Source: an uncultured Solirubrobacterales bacterium (lineage in GTDB: Bacteria; Actinomycetota; Thermoleophilia; Solirubrobacterales; Solirubrobacteraceae). From it: a DNA stretch of 64,000 nt. A model generated the notes under the pieces. It saw only the letters and a list, made by a program, of their open reading frames with translations, was not told the DNA's origin and did no database searches. This document shows, one piece after another, positions 52,785 through 62,802 of this stretch (positions are counted from its first letter, which is position 1; every line of letters starts with the position of its first letter). The stretch lies in the NCBI GenBank assembly GCA_963844125.1, contig CAWJNB010000002.1, positions 174,375-238,374 on the forward strand, read 5' to 3'. The translations under genes were made by a program, and so were the position numbers.

Positions 52785-54579
52785 AGCGGCTCGCCGCCGG
52801 GATGCTGATCGCCGCGGCGATCGCCTCGGCCGGCGCCGCGTCCGCTCGGGGCGAAGCGAGCTGGCGCCTGGAACAGCCACCGCCGCCGGAAGGCGCCGCC
52901 TTCAAGGTCCCCCTGGGCACGCCCGACGACATGGAGTTCTACGCGCCAAACGAGGGGCTGTTGAGCGTCGAGGGCAACGCCACCGTTCCCAACGGCCTGT
53001 TCTTCTACAACGGGCGCGGCTGGCGCCAGCTCGCCACCGTCTGCGGCGGCTCGGGCGAAGCCTCGCGCATCGCCTGGGCCGGTCCGGATGAGTTCTGGGT
53101 CATCACCGAACCGAGCGAGCCGCGAGTAGGCGCGGGCCTGGGGCTGTGCCATTTCAAGGATGGGGTCGTCGTCGGCTCCTACTCGACGGCTTTTCAGTCG
53201 TCCGATCCCTTTCGCCCGATGGACGCCGCCGCTTGCGATGGCCCGAACGACTGCTGGTTCGCGGGGATCGGCAGCGAGGACCCGTCCGGACAGCGCATCG
53301 GCGCCTTCCACCTGCACTGGGACGGGACGAACCTGATCAGCTCCTACCAGCCCCAGGGCCGCGGCGTCAGCGGCCTGGCGTTCTTCGGTGGGACGTTCTT
53401 CGAGAGCACTTTCGTCGGGACTCAGGAGGGCAATACGACCGACCCCGTGACGCTCGTCACACCCGAGCCCGAAGCCGATCCTGATCCACCGGCTCGTAGG
53501 CGACACGTTCGCCGACGTGGAATTTCTGCCCGAACCGTACAAAGGCCCGCTCAACGAAGCGGGCGTGCCGAGCGAAGGCACGGAGTTGCTCTCAGTTCAC
53601 TCCGACGGGAGCGAACTGTGGTTCTCGGGCGGGGGCGCCGCGTCGGGCCCCGACGCCCCCAGGGAAGGCTCGGTGCCCGGCCCCCCGGTCGCCGTGCGTT
53701 TCAACGCGGCGTCATCCAAGTTCGAACAGGTGCCGATCGAAACTTCGCTGTTTGGTCCCGAAGACCGCTTCGTCGACGTCGCACCGGTGCCGGGCGGTTC
53801 GGAGGCGTGGGGAGCCGATCAGCCGCTCTCGCAGCGCGCCAGCTCAACGGCCAAGGCCAAGGTGGCGCTGATCGGCGCCGGCGGAGCCACGACCCTGGAC
53901 ACGCTGCCCGATCAGCGGCCCCGGACGCGGCAGCGCCCAGGTGATCGCGGCGACCGGTCCCGAAGAAGCGTGGATGGCGACGTCGGCGGGTTGGCTGTTC
54001 CACTACACAAACGGGACGGTTCTGCCCGAAGACTCAGACTCCAACTGGCAGACCACGATCACCCAGCGACCGAACGAGTCGGTTGCCCAGTTCGTCTCCG
54101 ACACACCGCCGGCCGACGACTCGCAGGAGTTCGCGCCGCCGCCGGTCGCCATCGAACAGGCGAAGAGCATCGAAACGCCGGTGCCCGAGGTGATACCGGC
54201 GCTGCTCAAGGACGTCAGGGTCGTTCGCCGCGGCCTGACCGTGATCGTCAGCTTCAAGCTGGCGGGTCTCGCCGACGTCCAGCTCGTCGCCAAGCGCCAC
54301 GGCAAGACGATCGCCAAGACGGCAAAAGAGCGCCTGAAGGCCGGCAAGCACTCGTTGAAGCTGAGCTTCAGCGTAAAGCGCTGGCCGACCGGTCTGAGCT
54401 TCAAGACGAAGGCGCTCGTCAAGCTCAAGCCGGTGCCCGCGACCGGCTGTGAAACCGGCTCGGGCTCCTCGGGCTCTCCCGGCACTGGCCCCAACGCGGT
54501 CGCGACGTCCTGCGAATCGGGCTCCTCGAGCTCTCCGGGCACCGGGCCGAACGCGGTTGCCACGAGCCTGCGCCGATGA
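52781..54579 (+). CDS. Secreted beta-propeller-like hypothetical protein, frameshifted
   Basis: Signal peptide; GPDEFW, GPNDCWF, GSELWF, GPEEAW blades; basic C-terminal domain; TTGA overlap with ftsH. Confidence 0.72.
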
Positions 54580-57500
54580 TGAGCTCCGGGCGCCTCGCCA
54601 ACCGTCGCATCGGCCTCGTCGCGGGCGTGATGCTGCTGCTCGTGCTCGGCGTCTACTGCCTGGCGCACCTCGCCGGCTCCGGCGCGCGCGCGGACACGAG
54701 CGGGAGCGATCCCCAGCCCCAGCCGGTGCTCGGGACGGCCGACGCGAGCACCGTCCTGATGGGCGCCGCGACCGCCGGCGAACCTGGGGAAGCGTGGGCC
54801 TACAAGGTGCTGCCGCTGGACGTGCCCGCGCCGGCGAACTCCTCCGGACGCGTGGCGTTCGCGCCCGCGAGCGGCAGCTGCTCCCGCCGGGCCAGCTCGT
54901 GTTCGAGCGCGCCAGCGACGCCGACTCGGACTGGACGATCGCCGAAACCCCGCTCGACGAATCCGGAGCCAGCCCTACCGCGGGATGCAGCCCGAACCGG
55001 CCTTCGGCGCGTATCGCCCCGCACGGCGGCGGGCTGCTCGTCGGCGCAGGACTCCACGCGGCCTTCGGGCAAGCAGTCGGTGGTGCTCGCGCGCGATCCC
55101 GGCGGGCGCTTCCAGGTGCTGCCCGAACCGCCCGCGGGCGTGCTGCCGAGGCCGGCGAAGGCGGCGATCCGAGCGCGGGGGTGCTCGCCGAAGGCGACGG
55201 CAGCGGGCGCCGTCGCCGACGCGGCGGTCGAAAACGCCGGCCACACCGAAGCGTTCTTCGGCGCGCTTGGGCGCAAGCAGGACACGAGCCGTGATCCGCT
55301 GGAGCGGGTACGCAGTGGTCGCGCGAGCCGGTCGAACTGCCGGGCGGCTACACGGGCTCGTTTCACGATCGTCGCGCTCGCCGGGACCACACCGCAGAAC
55401 ATGTGGCTGCTCGGCAGGGCCAGCCGGAAAGCGGGCTGGGGGCGATGCTGTTCAAGCGCGTCCTCAACGGCTCGGGCGAAGGCCAACTGGCAGCACGTCG
55501 AACTCGGCTCGGCGCTGTTCGCCGCAGAGCGGCCACGCCCGCGCAGGACGTCTCAGGCGTGGCGCCGCTGTCCAGTCCCGGCCAGCCGCTGACCGCCTCG
55601 GACCAGGGCGTGTGGATCGACGGCAATCTGCAGGCGCTCCGGCGGCGGCGCTGACGGATATGACTTCACGCTCTACTACGACATCGCCCAGGCCAAGGTC
55701 ACGGCCAGCTGGTGCGACGCCCACAGCGGGGGCGGCGAAGCGATCTGCACCCATCCGTTCGACGCGCGCTTTGGGCGTGCCGCGGGCTACCGCAGCTTCG
55801 CGTTCGACGGCTCTGGTTTCGGCTCGCGCATTATCACCAACCCATTGCGACCCGGAGGCGAAGACTCGACGAACATGGGCGCCTACCTCAGCCTGGAAGG
55901 CACGACCTTCCAGCGGATGCCCGGCGCGGGTCCTGACGACGCGCCCGGCGGCGCCTTCTACACGCCCGAGCGACGGCTGGCTGGAAGGGCCGGTGCAGAT
56001 CACCGGCCGGCCGCGTGCCCCAGCGCCTGACGAGCTGGCCCGTGTCGGCGCGCGCGCCGTTCACGGCAGTCGCCCCGCAGCCCGGGACGCTCCGGGCGAC
56101 CCGAACGCACAGGCGCTTGCCGTCGGCGCCGATGGCGCCGTCGCACGCTACATCCCCGGGCAGGGCTGGCAGCGCGAGTTCCTGCTCAGCTCCAGCGGCG
56201 CGGTCAGCTCGCCGACGCTGCGCGCGGTCGCCTGGCCGGAGCCCAACCGCGCGTTCGCCGTCGGCGACCTCGGCGCGATGTGGGTGTGGCGCGCGGAAAC
56301 GGGGCTGTGGGAGAAGGACCCTGCCGCGCCGCCGGAAGGCTTCCAGGGCGATCTCGACGGCATCGCCTTCGACCCGAACAATCCAGCGGTCGGGTATGCC
56401 GTAGGGCAGAGCGGGGCGCTGCTGCGCTACGACAAGACGTGGACGCAGGAATCGCTGCCCGAACCATTCCAGCGGGAGACTCGGGAAGGGGCCGCCGGTG
56501 ACGTCGCCGAAGGGGAGAAGGCGAACTTCAGCTCGATCGCCTTCGCCGGCTCGGAAGCGATGGTCGTCAGCGAACACGATCTGCTCGTCAACAGCGGCTC
56601 CGGCTGGCAGGTGCAGCCGGAAGTCCACGCATTGCTCGACGAGCCTGCCGAACACACCGCAGCTGAATGTCGTCGCTGGGCTGCCCAACGGCGGCGCGGT
56701 GCTCGCAGGACGCGACGTCGTGCTCGAGCGCGACGGCGCCGGAGCGCCGTGGCACTTCTCCGAACAGCCGATCGTGGACGAGACCGCGGTCGCGGCGAGC
56801 GCTTACATGGAAGGCTCAACCATGCGCGCTGTGTTGTCGGTCGTGCCCGACTTCCAGTACCCGCCGCCGATCGAGTTGCCGCCGGTAGACCCCAACACAC
56901 CGCCGCCATTGATCCCGCCAAACCCGCTGCCGGGCGACGGCTACCTGCTGCGCGAAACGGGCGGCGGCTGGGAGGACGAGGAGCGCGCTGCCTACGCCGG
57001 TGACGGCGAGGACAAGCCGGTCAAGACCGACCCGATCCTCGCGCTCGATCTCGGTGCCGAAGGGGCGGGCTGGGCGGTGGGCGGTTGGAGCGGCGAGGCC
57101 GACGACGCCGGTCGTGGCACCGAAGTGAGCGGAGGCAGCGGCCAGGCGATCCGCGAAAACGTGCAGACGGCGGGGATCTACCGCTACGCGCCCGCCGGCG
57201 GCGCTCAGGGCCCGCCGGGCACTGCCACCTCACCTGTTCCGCTACCTGCCGGGGTGGCGACGTTCGCCGTAGCCGGCCATGCCGAGTGCGCCGAACCGTG
57301 CGCCGACCTCGCCGACGAGGGGATCGCGCCCGACCGCAACCTGACGAGCGCGCTCAGCGCGATCTCCGGTCTCGCGGGTCAGCCGAACGGTCCGCGCGCG
57401 CTGCTCTACACCGGCGGGCGCGAGACCCCGGGCGAGGGACCGGAGTCGAGTGCGGAGGCCGATCGCTACGCGCAGCTGCTCGCCCAGGATGGTGGGCTGG

Positions 57501-59269
57501 GTGTGTTCCCGGCGCTCTCGGCGGGCGACTCGGAAGGCGGCGGCGCGAGCGCGTTCGGCGCCGCGTTCGCGGGCTTCTCGGCGCCGTTCGGCGAAGGCGG
57601 CCTACCGGCGGGCATCGGCACGTCGAACATCCCGGGCCCGAGCGGTCCCGTGCGACCCGGGGCACGCACCCACTACGCGTTCGACAGCACGGGACCGGCT
57701 GGGACGGTGCGCGTGATCGTGATCGACAACTCGCGCGGCTCGCTGGCGGCGAGCGACCCCTATCAGAACCCGGCCGAACCGCAGGCGCCGTGGCTGGGAG
57801 AGATGCTCGCGGACGCCCGCGCGCGCGGCATCCCCGCGATCGTCGTGGGCAGCCGCGAGCTGAACCCGAACCTGCCGCCGGCGCTGAACGTGGCGACCGA
57901 CGCAAGCGAAGAGGCGCGGATCATGGTCTCGGGTGGGGCTTCGGCGTACCTGTACGAGCGCCCGGAAGAAAGCCGCGTCAGCCAGATTCCCGCGGGCGGC
58001 GCGGCGACGATCCCTGAGTACGGCACCGGCGTGCTCGGCTACCGCTCTGCTGTGTCCGACTCGTTCACGCCCGGCCAGCCCGACGCGCTGTTCGGCACGA
58101 CCGGCTACCTGCTCGTCAGCGTGAACGTCGCCGGGCGCAACCCCGCCACGAACGTCGCGCCGGTCAGCGCGCGGCTGATCCCGCTCGTGCAGAGCATGTC
58201 CTTGGACCCGCTCGACGGGACGCTCTTGCGGCGTAGCGCCCCGGCGCTGTTCGAGGGGCTTGGCCGGCGCCCGATCGCGGGCGACCGTTGGGGCCCGATC
58301 TCCGCCGCCAGCGGCAGTCCGACCCCGCCCGGCGCCAACCCCTACAGCGAATTCCCCCAGCCCCTGTGCCTGCAGTCGGACTGCTCGAGCATGATCGAAC
58401 CGGAATACACCTTCACCTCCTCCGAACCGGAAATCGCCAACTTCGTCGAGCACGACCCGGAATCGACGAACCTGCGAAAGCCCCTGCAGGATTCCGCCGG
58501 GCACGTGATCCCGGACCCGAAGTCGGGCATCCTGTGCGCGTTCAACGCCGGCAGCACGGTCGTCACGATCTCTGCCGGTGGCCTGTCCTACTCGGTCCCG
58601 GTGACGGTGCTGGGCGGCAGCGTCGAGCAGCCCTGCGGCACGGTGCCGCTGGCGGCGAGCCGCTTCCCGAAGGCATCCGCGGCTGCCTCGGCGGGCGCGG
58701 CTTCGCCGCCCCCGCCGGCCCCGGCGCCCGCGCCGGCGCCGATCGCTCCGCCGCCTGCGCCCGTGCCCGTGGCCACGCCGCCGGCCGCCAAGCCGGCCGT
58801 CAAGGTCCCGCCCGCGGCGGCCGCGCTGCTGTTCACGCCGCTGCTGCTGCCGCTGCAGAACGGCGTGCCGGCGATCCCGCCGCCCCCGCCGGGCGCGTTC
58901 GCGCGGCCGATCCCTCCCGGTGGGGCGGGCGTGCGGGTGTTCGAAGAAAAGAAAGAAGAGGAGGAGGCGACCGAGCAGTCGCAGGCCTTCGCGGCCTACC
59001 GCGCGGCGGACTACCGGGGCCTGCCGGTGGGGGCGCGCGCGTACGCCGGTCCACACGCCGGTAACAACTCGCCCACTCCGGTGGTGTATTTGCTGATGCT
59101 CGTTGTGCTGGCCGCGGCGGGTGGCGCGACGCTGCGTCTCGGACCGAGGCGTCGTGGACGCCGGATCGAGACCGCATATGCGACCGCTCGCGCGCCCGAC
59201 ATCGGCGTGCGGTCCGATCGCGTCCACCAATCACACACACACAGAAGCCCCAGGAGGCACAGACCATGA
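54576..59269 (+). CDS. Giant surface protein: propeller region, metallophosphoesterase-like domain, Pro-rich stalk and C-terminal TM; frameshifted
   Basis: LRAVAW...AFAVGDLG and YAVGQSGALLRY blades; HYAFDS...VRVIVIDNSRGSL, QAPWL; PPPAP run; TM followed by RRRGRR. Confidence 0.72.
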
Positions 59270-60060
59270 GCGAGCGCTCCTTCATCTCCCGCCACGCCGG
59301 CACGGCTGCGCTGGCGATCTCGATCCTCGCGCTGCTCGCCTCGACCACGGGTCTCGCCGAAGCGGCGCGGCATGCCTTCGTGGCGGCGATCGACGGCCAC
59401 CGCGTGAGCGCCAAGCCCTATCCGAACGGGTTGCTGGTGCTCGGCCACAACAAGAAATTCGCGGCTGCGGCGATCCCGACGGTGAAGAACGCCAAGGAGG
59501 TCAGTGGCAAGACCCTGTCCGAGCTCGAACCGAGCTGCCCGCCCGCCACCGTCAACCTCGGCACGTGGTGCCTTGACACCTCCTCCTACCCGCTGACGAA
59601 CGCCCAGGCGGGCCAGAACAACTACTTCTGGGCGAGCCAGGCGTGCGTGCGCGAAGGCGGCTACCTGCCGACCGCGGCGCAGCTGATCGGCGCCGCGGGC
59701 AGGGTCAAGCTCGAGTCGACGATCCACGACAACCCCGACACGGCCACGGTCGAGCAGGACCCGAGCGTCGGATTGAAGGACCAGCGCGAGATGAGCGCGA
59801 CGCTCGTGACGACCGCCGCCGGCTCGGACGCCGCGGGCTCTGAGGGAGTCAGCGTCGGCTCTACCGGCGACCCGCGCACGGGCGAACCGAACCCGGTGCC
59901 GCTGCCCGCCGTGCCGGCGCCCTCGACGCTGCAGTACGTGACGGTCTACTCGAACGGCACCAAAGGCGGCTTCGCCGGCTCCGAGCCGGTCTCCCAGCCG
60001 GAGAACTTCCGCTGTGCCTTCAACGAGAAACCCGGCGCGAACTCGGCCGAAGGCGGGTGA
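59266..60060 (+). CDS. Secreted hypothetical protein with C-type-lectin/FGE-like motifs
   Basis: Signal peptide; CPP...WC, WASQACVREGGYLPTAAQL, terminal FRC. Confidence 0.7.
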   Translation: MSERSFISRHAGTAALAISILALLASTTGLAEAARHAFVAAIDGHRVSAKPYPNGLLVLGHNKKFAAAAIPTVKNAKEVSGKTLSELEPSCPPATVNLGTWCLDTSSYPLTNAQAGQNNYFWASQACVREGGYLPTAAQLIGAAGRVKLESTIHDNPDTATVEQDPSVGLKDQREMSATLVTTAAGSDAAGSEGVSVGSTGDPRTGEPNPVPLPAVPAPSTLQYVTVYSNGTKGGFAGSEPVSQPENFRCAFNEKPGANSAEGG

Positions 60061-60070
60061 GGCGGCTCGT

Positions 60071-60087
60071 GTTCACAGAATCGTCAC
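60071..60087 (+). promoter_or_regulatory. PHO-box-like repeat
   Basis: GTTCAC-agaat-CGTCAC. Confidence 0.55.
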
Positions 60088-60113
60088 GTGGGGGAGGGCG
60101 ATGACGTTGACGA

Positions 60114-60918
60114 TTGGGTTGCGGGCGACCGGCCGCGGACGATGCCATCGTGTCCACTGATCCGACTGCCATAACGACGGAGATTCCCGTAACCGCGGCG
60201 ATGCCGGCGGGGCGGGCCGGGTCCACCGTGGCGGTCCCGGTCCAAGCCGATCCGCTCACGGAGCTCGGATCGACCGTAGGTGCTCAGCCCGCGGCGTCGG
60301 GTGTCGAGCCGTGCCCACACTGCGGCACGCCGCTGGCCTTGGACCAGCGCTACTGCCTGGAGTGCGGCGCCCCGCGCACCTACCTGAGCGGGATGCTGCT
60401 CGAGCGGTTGCGCTCGCCCGGCGCGCAGACCTCCGCGGGCCAGCCGGCTGCAACCCCCCGCGCCCGGTGGCGCCGCTGGGGCGCTCGTAGCGCCTCCCCC
60501 GCCGGGGGGAGCCGCGACATGGCAGCGTGGCAACGCGCTGACGCTGATCGCGGGCGTCGGCGTGCTGCTGCTGGCGATGGGCGTCGGTGTGCTGATCGGG
60601 CGCTCGGGCGGCACGTCCTCGTCCGGCAGTGCCGCGCCGCAGGTGATCACCGTCCCGGCCGCCGCGACCGGCGCCGCGAGCACGACCACGACGCCGACGA
60701 CTCCAGAAGCAAGCTCGCCCGCCAAAGCCGGAGCCGCCGCCGGCGCGGGCGCGGCCGCCGCCAAACACAAAGCCAAGAGCGAAGCAGCGTCCTCCGGGGC
60801 GGGCGCCTCACTCGGCAAACCGGCGCCGCCGAGCGTCGCCGAACACGAGCGCGGCGGTAGCGGGCAGAGCTACGAGCAGAAGTCCAAGAACCTGCCGAAC
60901 GTCGTCTCGACCGGCTAG
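60114..60918 (+). CDS. Zinc-ribbon membrane protein, frameshifted (start approximate)
   Basis: CPHCG...RYCLECG, TM LLLAMGVGVLIG, tail SYEQKSKNLPNVVSTG. Confidence 0.7.
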
Positions 60919-60921
60919 GTC

Positions 60922-62685
60922 TTGCCGCCGATGAGCACACCGCCCCCCGGCGGGGACGGGAGCACCTCGCCGCCACAGTCCTCCCCACCACGGTCGCCCC
61001 CGCCCCGCTACGACACGGCCGCGCTCGAACGCCGCCGCGAGGAGCTGGCCGCGCAGGTGGCGGAGCTGCACTGGGATCTCGGCGGGCTGGCGTATGAGAT
61101 GGCGGTGCGCGATCACTTTCGCAACGACGTGCTGATGAGTCGCGCGGCGCTGCTGCAGGAGCGCGACGCCGAGCTGGCGGAGGTCGAACGCAAGCTCGGG
61201 CACGAGCGTGCGCTCGGCGCGGGACCGGGCAGCGAGGAGGCCCGCAAGACCTGGGCGCGGGTGCTGCCGCCGGCGCAGATATCGGCGCTGCTGCTGGTTG
61301 CGTTCCTCGGGTTCGGCGTCGCGATGGGCGCCGTCGCGAAGGGTTCGAACGCACGCCGCCCGCGCCCCCGCGAGGTGCTGGTCGCCCAGGCGCCGGCCGC
61401 CACGCCGACGGCGACGAGCGCCGCGAAATCATCGCCGCCGGCCTCCGAGCCCGAAGCGACGCCGAGTGCCTCCTCGGAATCGGAAGCTTCGACGCCCGCG
61501 GGCACGGGCTCTTCGTCCTCGAGCAAGAGCGCCACCAAATCCCCGTCCGGCACGTCCGGCGCCTCGGGCTCCTCGGGCAATGGGGAAGGCTCATCCGGGG
61601 GCGGGGAAGCAGGAGCCACCCCGACGAAGCTCCCTCCCGTCAAGCACGTGTTCGTGGTGATGCTCGACGACGAGCCCTACGCGACCGCCTTCGGGCCGGC
61701 CTCGCCCGCGCACTACCTCACGGGCTCGCTCGAGCACAAGGGGGCGCTGCTCGTGCGCTACTACGCGGTCGCGCACGAACAGCTGGCAAACGGCATCGCG
61801 CTCATCAGCGGCCAGGGCCCGACGCCGCAGACGGCGCAGAACTGTCCGGCGTTTGAAAACGTCGTGCCGGGGACGGTCGCAGCGGAAGGGCAGGTGAGCG
61901 GGCAGGGGTGTGTGTATCCGAGCGCCACGCTGACGCTCCCGGATCAGCTGGCCGCCAAGCAGCTGACGTGGCGGGCCTACCTGGAAGGGATGGACGAAGG
62001 CGCGGGCGCCGGGGCGGCTCAGAGCGCGGACGGGGCCTGCGGTCATCCCGCGCTGGGCGCGCCCGATCCGACCTCCGCGCCGACGCCGCCCGCCGGGCAG
62101 ACCTACGCGACCTGGCGCAATCCCTTCGTGTACTTCCACTCGCTGATCGACTCCCCGGCGTGTGCCAGCGACGATGTGGGCCTGGACAAGCTGAAGACGG
62201 ACCTGCGGAGCGCGAAGAGCACGCCGAGCTTCGCCTACGTCGTTCCGGACCGCTGTCACGACGGCAACCCGACGCCGTGCGCGCCGGGCGCCCCTGCGGG
62301 GATGCAAGCGGCCGACGGCTGGCTGAAGCAGGTCGTCCCGGAGATCACCGGCTCGAAGGCCTACAAGGAAAGCGGGTTGCTCGTGCTCACCGTCGACGAG
62401 GCGCCCTCCAGCGGCGAATACAAGGACTCGAGCTCCTGCTGCGGCCAGCCGGCGTTCCCCAACCTGCCGGCGCCCACGGGCGGAATCGGACCGCCGGGCG
62501 GGGGCCAGGTCGGCGCGCTGCTGCTCTCGCCGTTCATCAAGGGCGGCAAGCTCGTGCAGGACACCTACAACCACTTCTCGCTGCTGCGTACCGTCGAGGA
62601 CCTGTTCGGGCTCGCTCATCTTGGATATGCGGGCGGCAGGGAAGTGAACGCGTTCGGCCCGTCGCTGTTTTCGACATCGAAATAA
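60922..62685 (+). CDS. Membrane-anchored phosphoesterase (phospholipase C/acid phosphatase-like family)
   Basis: VKHVFVVML, TWRAYLEG, RNPFVYF, PSFAYVVPD.CHDG, LLLSPF, YNHFSLLRTVEDLFGL. Confidence 0.88.
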   Translation: MPPMSTPPPGGDGSTSPPQSSPPRSPPPRYDTAALERRREELAAQVAELHWDLGGLAYEMAVRDHFRNDVLMSRAALLQERDAELAEVERKLGHERALGAGPGSEEARKTWARVLPPAQISALLLVAFLGFGVAMGAVAKGSNARRPRPREVLVAQAPAATPTATSAAKSSPPASEPEATPSASSESEASTPAGTGSSSSSKSATKSPSGTSGASGSSGNGEGSSGGGEAGATPTKLPPVKHVFVVMLDDEPYATAFGPASPAHYLTGSLEHKGALLVRYYAVAHEQLANGIALISGQGPTPQTAQNCPAFENVVPGTVAAEGQVSGQGCVYPSATLTLPDQLAAKQLTWRAYLEGMDEGAGAGAAQSADGACGHPALGAPDPTSAPTPPAGQTYATWRNPFVYFHSLIDSPACASDDVGLDKLKTDLRSAKSTPSFAYVVPDRCHDGNPTPCAPGAPAGMQAADGWLKQVVPEITGSKAYKESGLLVLTVDEAPSSGEYKDSSSCCGQPAFPNLPAPTGGIGPPGGGQVGALLLSPFIKGGKLVQDTYNHFSLLRTVEDLFGLAHLGYAGGREVNAFGPSLFSTSK

Positions 62686-62802
62686 TCCAGTCTGGTGGAT
62701 GCAGTATTATGCGAAAGCGTGAACTCCAAGTGGCGAACCGGACTCATTTCAGTCCGGTCTAGCCGAACGGGTATCGGGCAGACGTAGCAACCGTAGTGGA
62801 GC

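Noticed and set aside
59266..60060. Diversity-generating retroelement target
   Set aside because: No reverse transcriptase and no TR/VR repeat pair were seen in the window.
1..62685. Many frameshifts read as pseudogenes or programmed frameshifting
   Set aside because: They hit core genes (ppk1, pstS, pstC, ftsH, MMPL) at scattered GC-rich positions with no slippery motif and are absent from AT-richer genes. Sequencing or consensus error is the simplest explanation and needs read polishing to confirm.
62690..62717. dif/pdif-like site (TTATGCGAAAG)
   Set aside because: Only the XerD-like arm resembles the consensus; there is no matching XerC arm.
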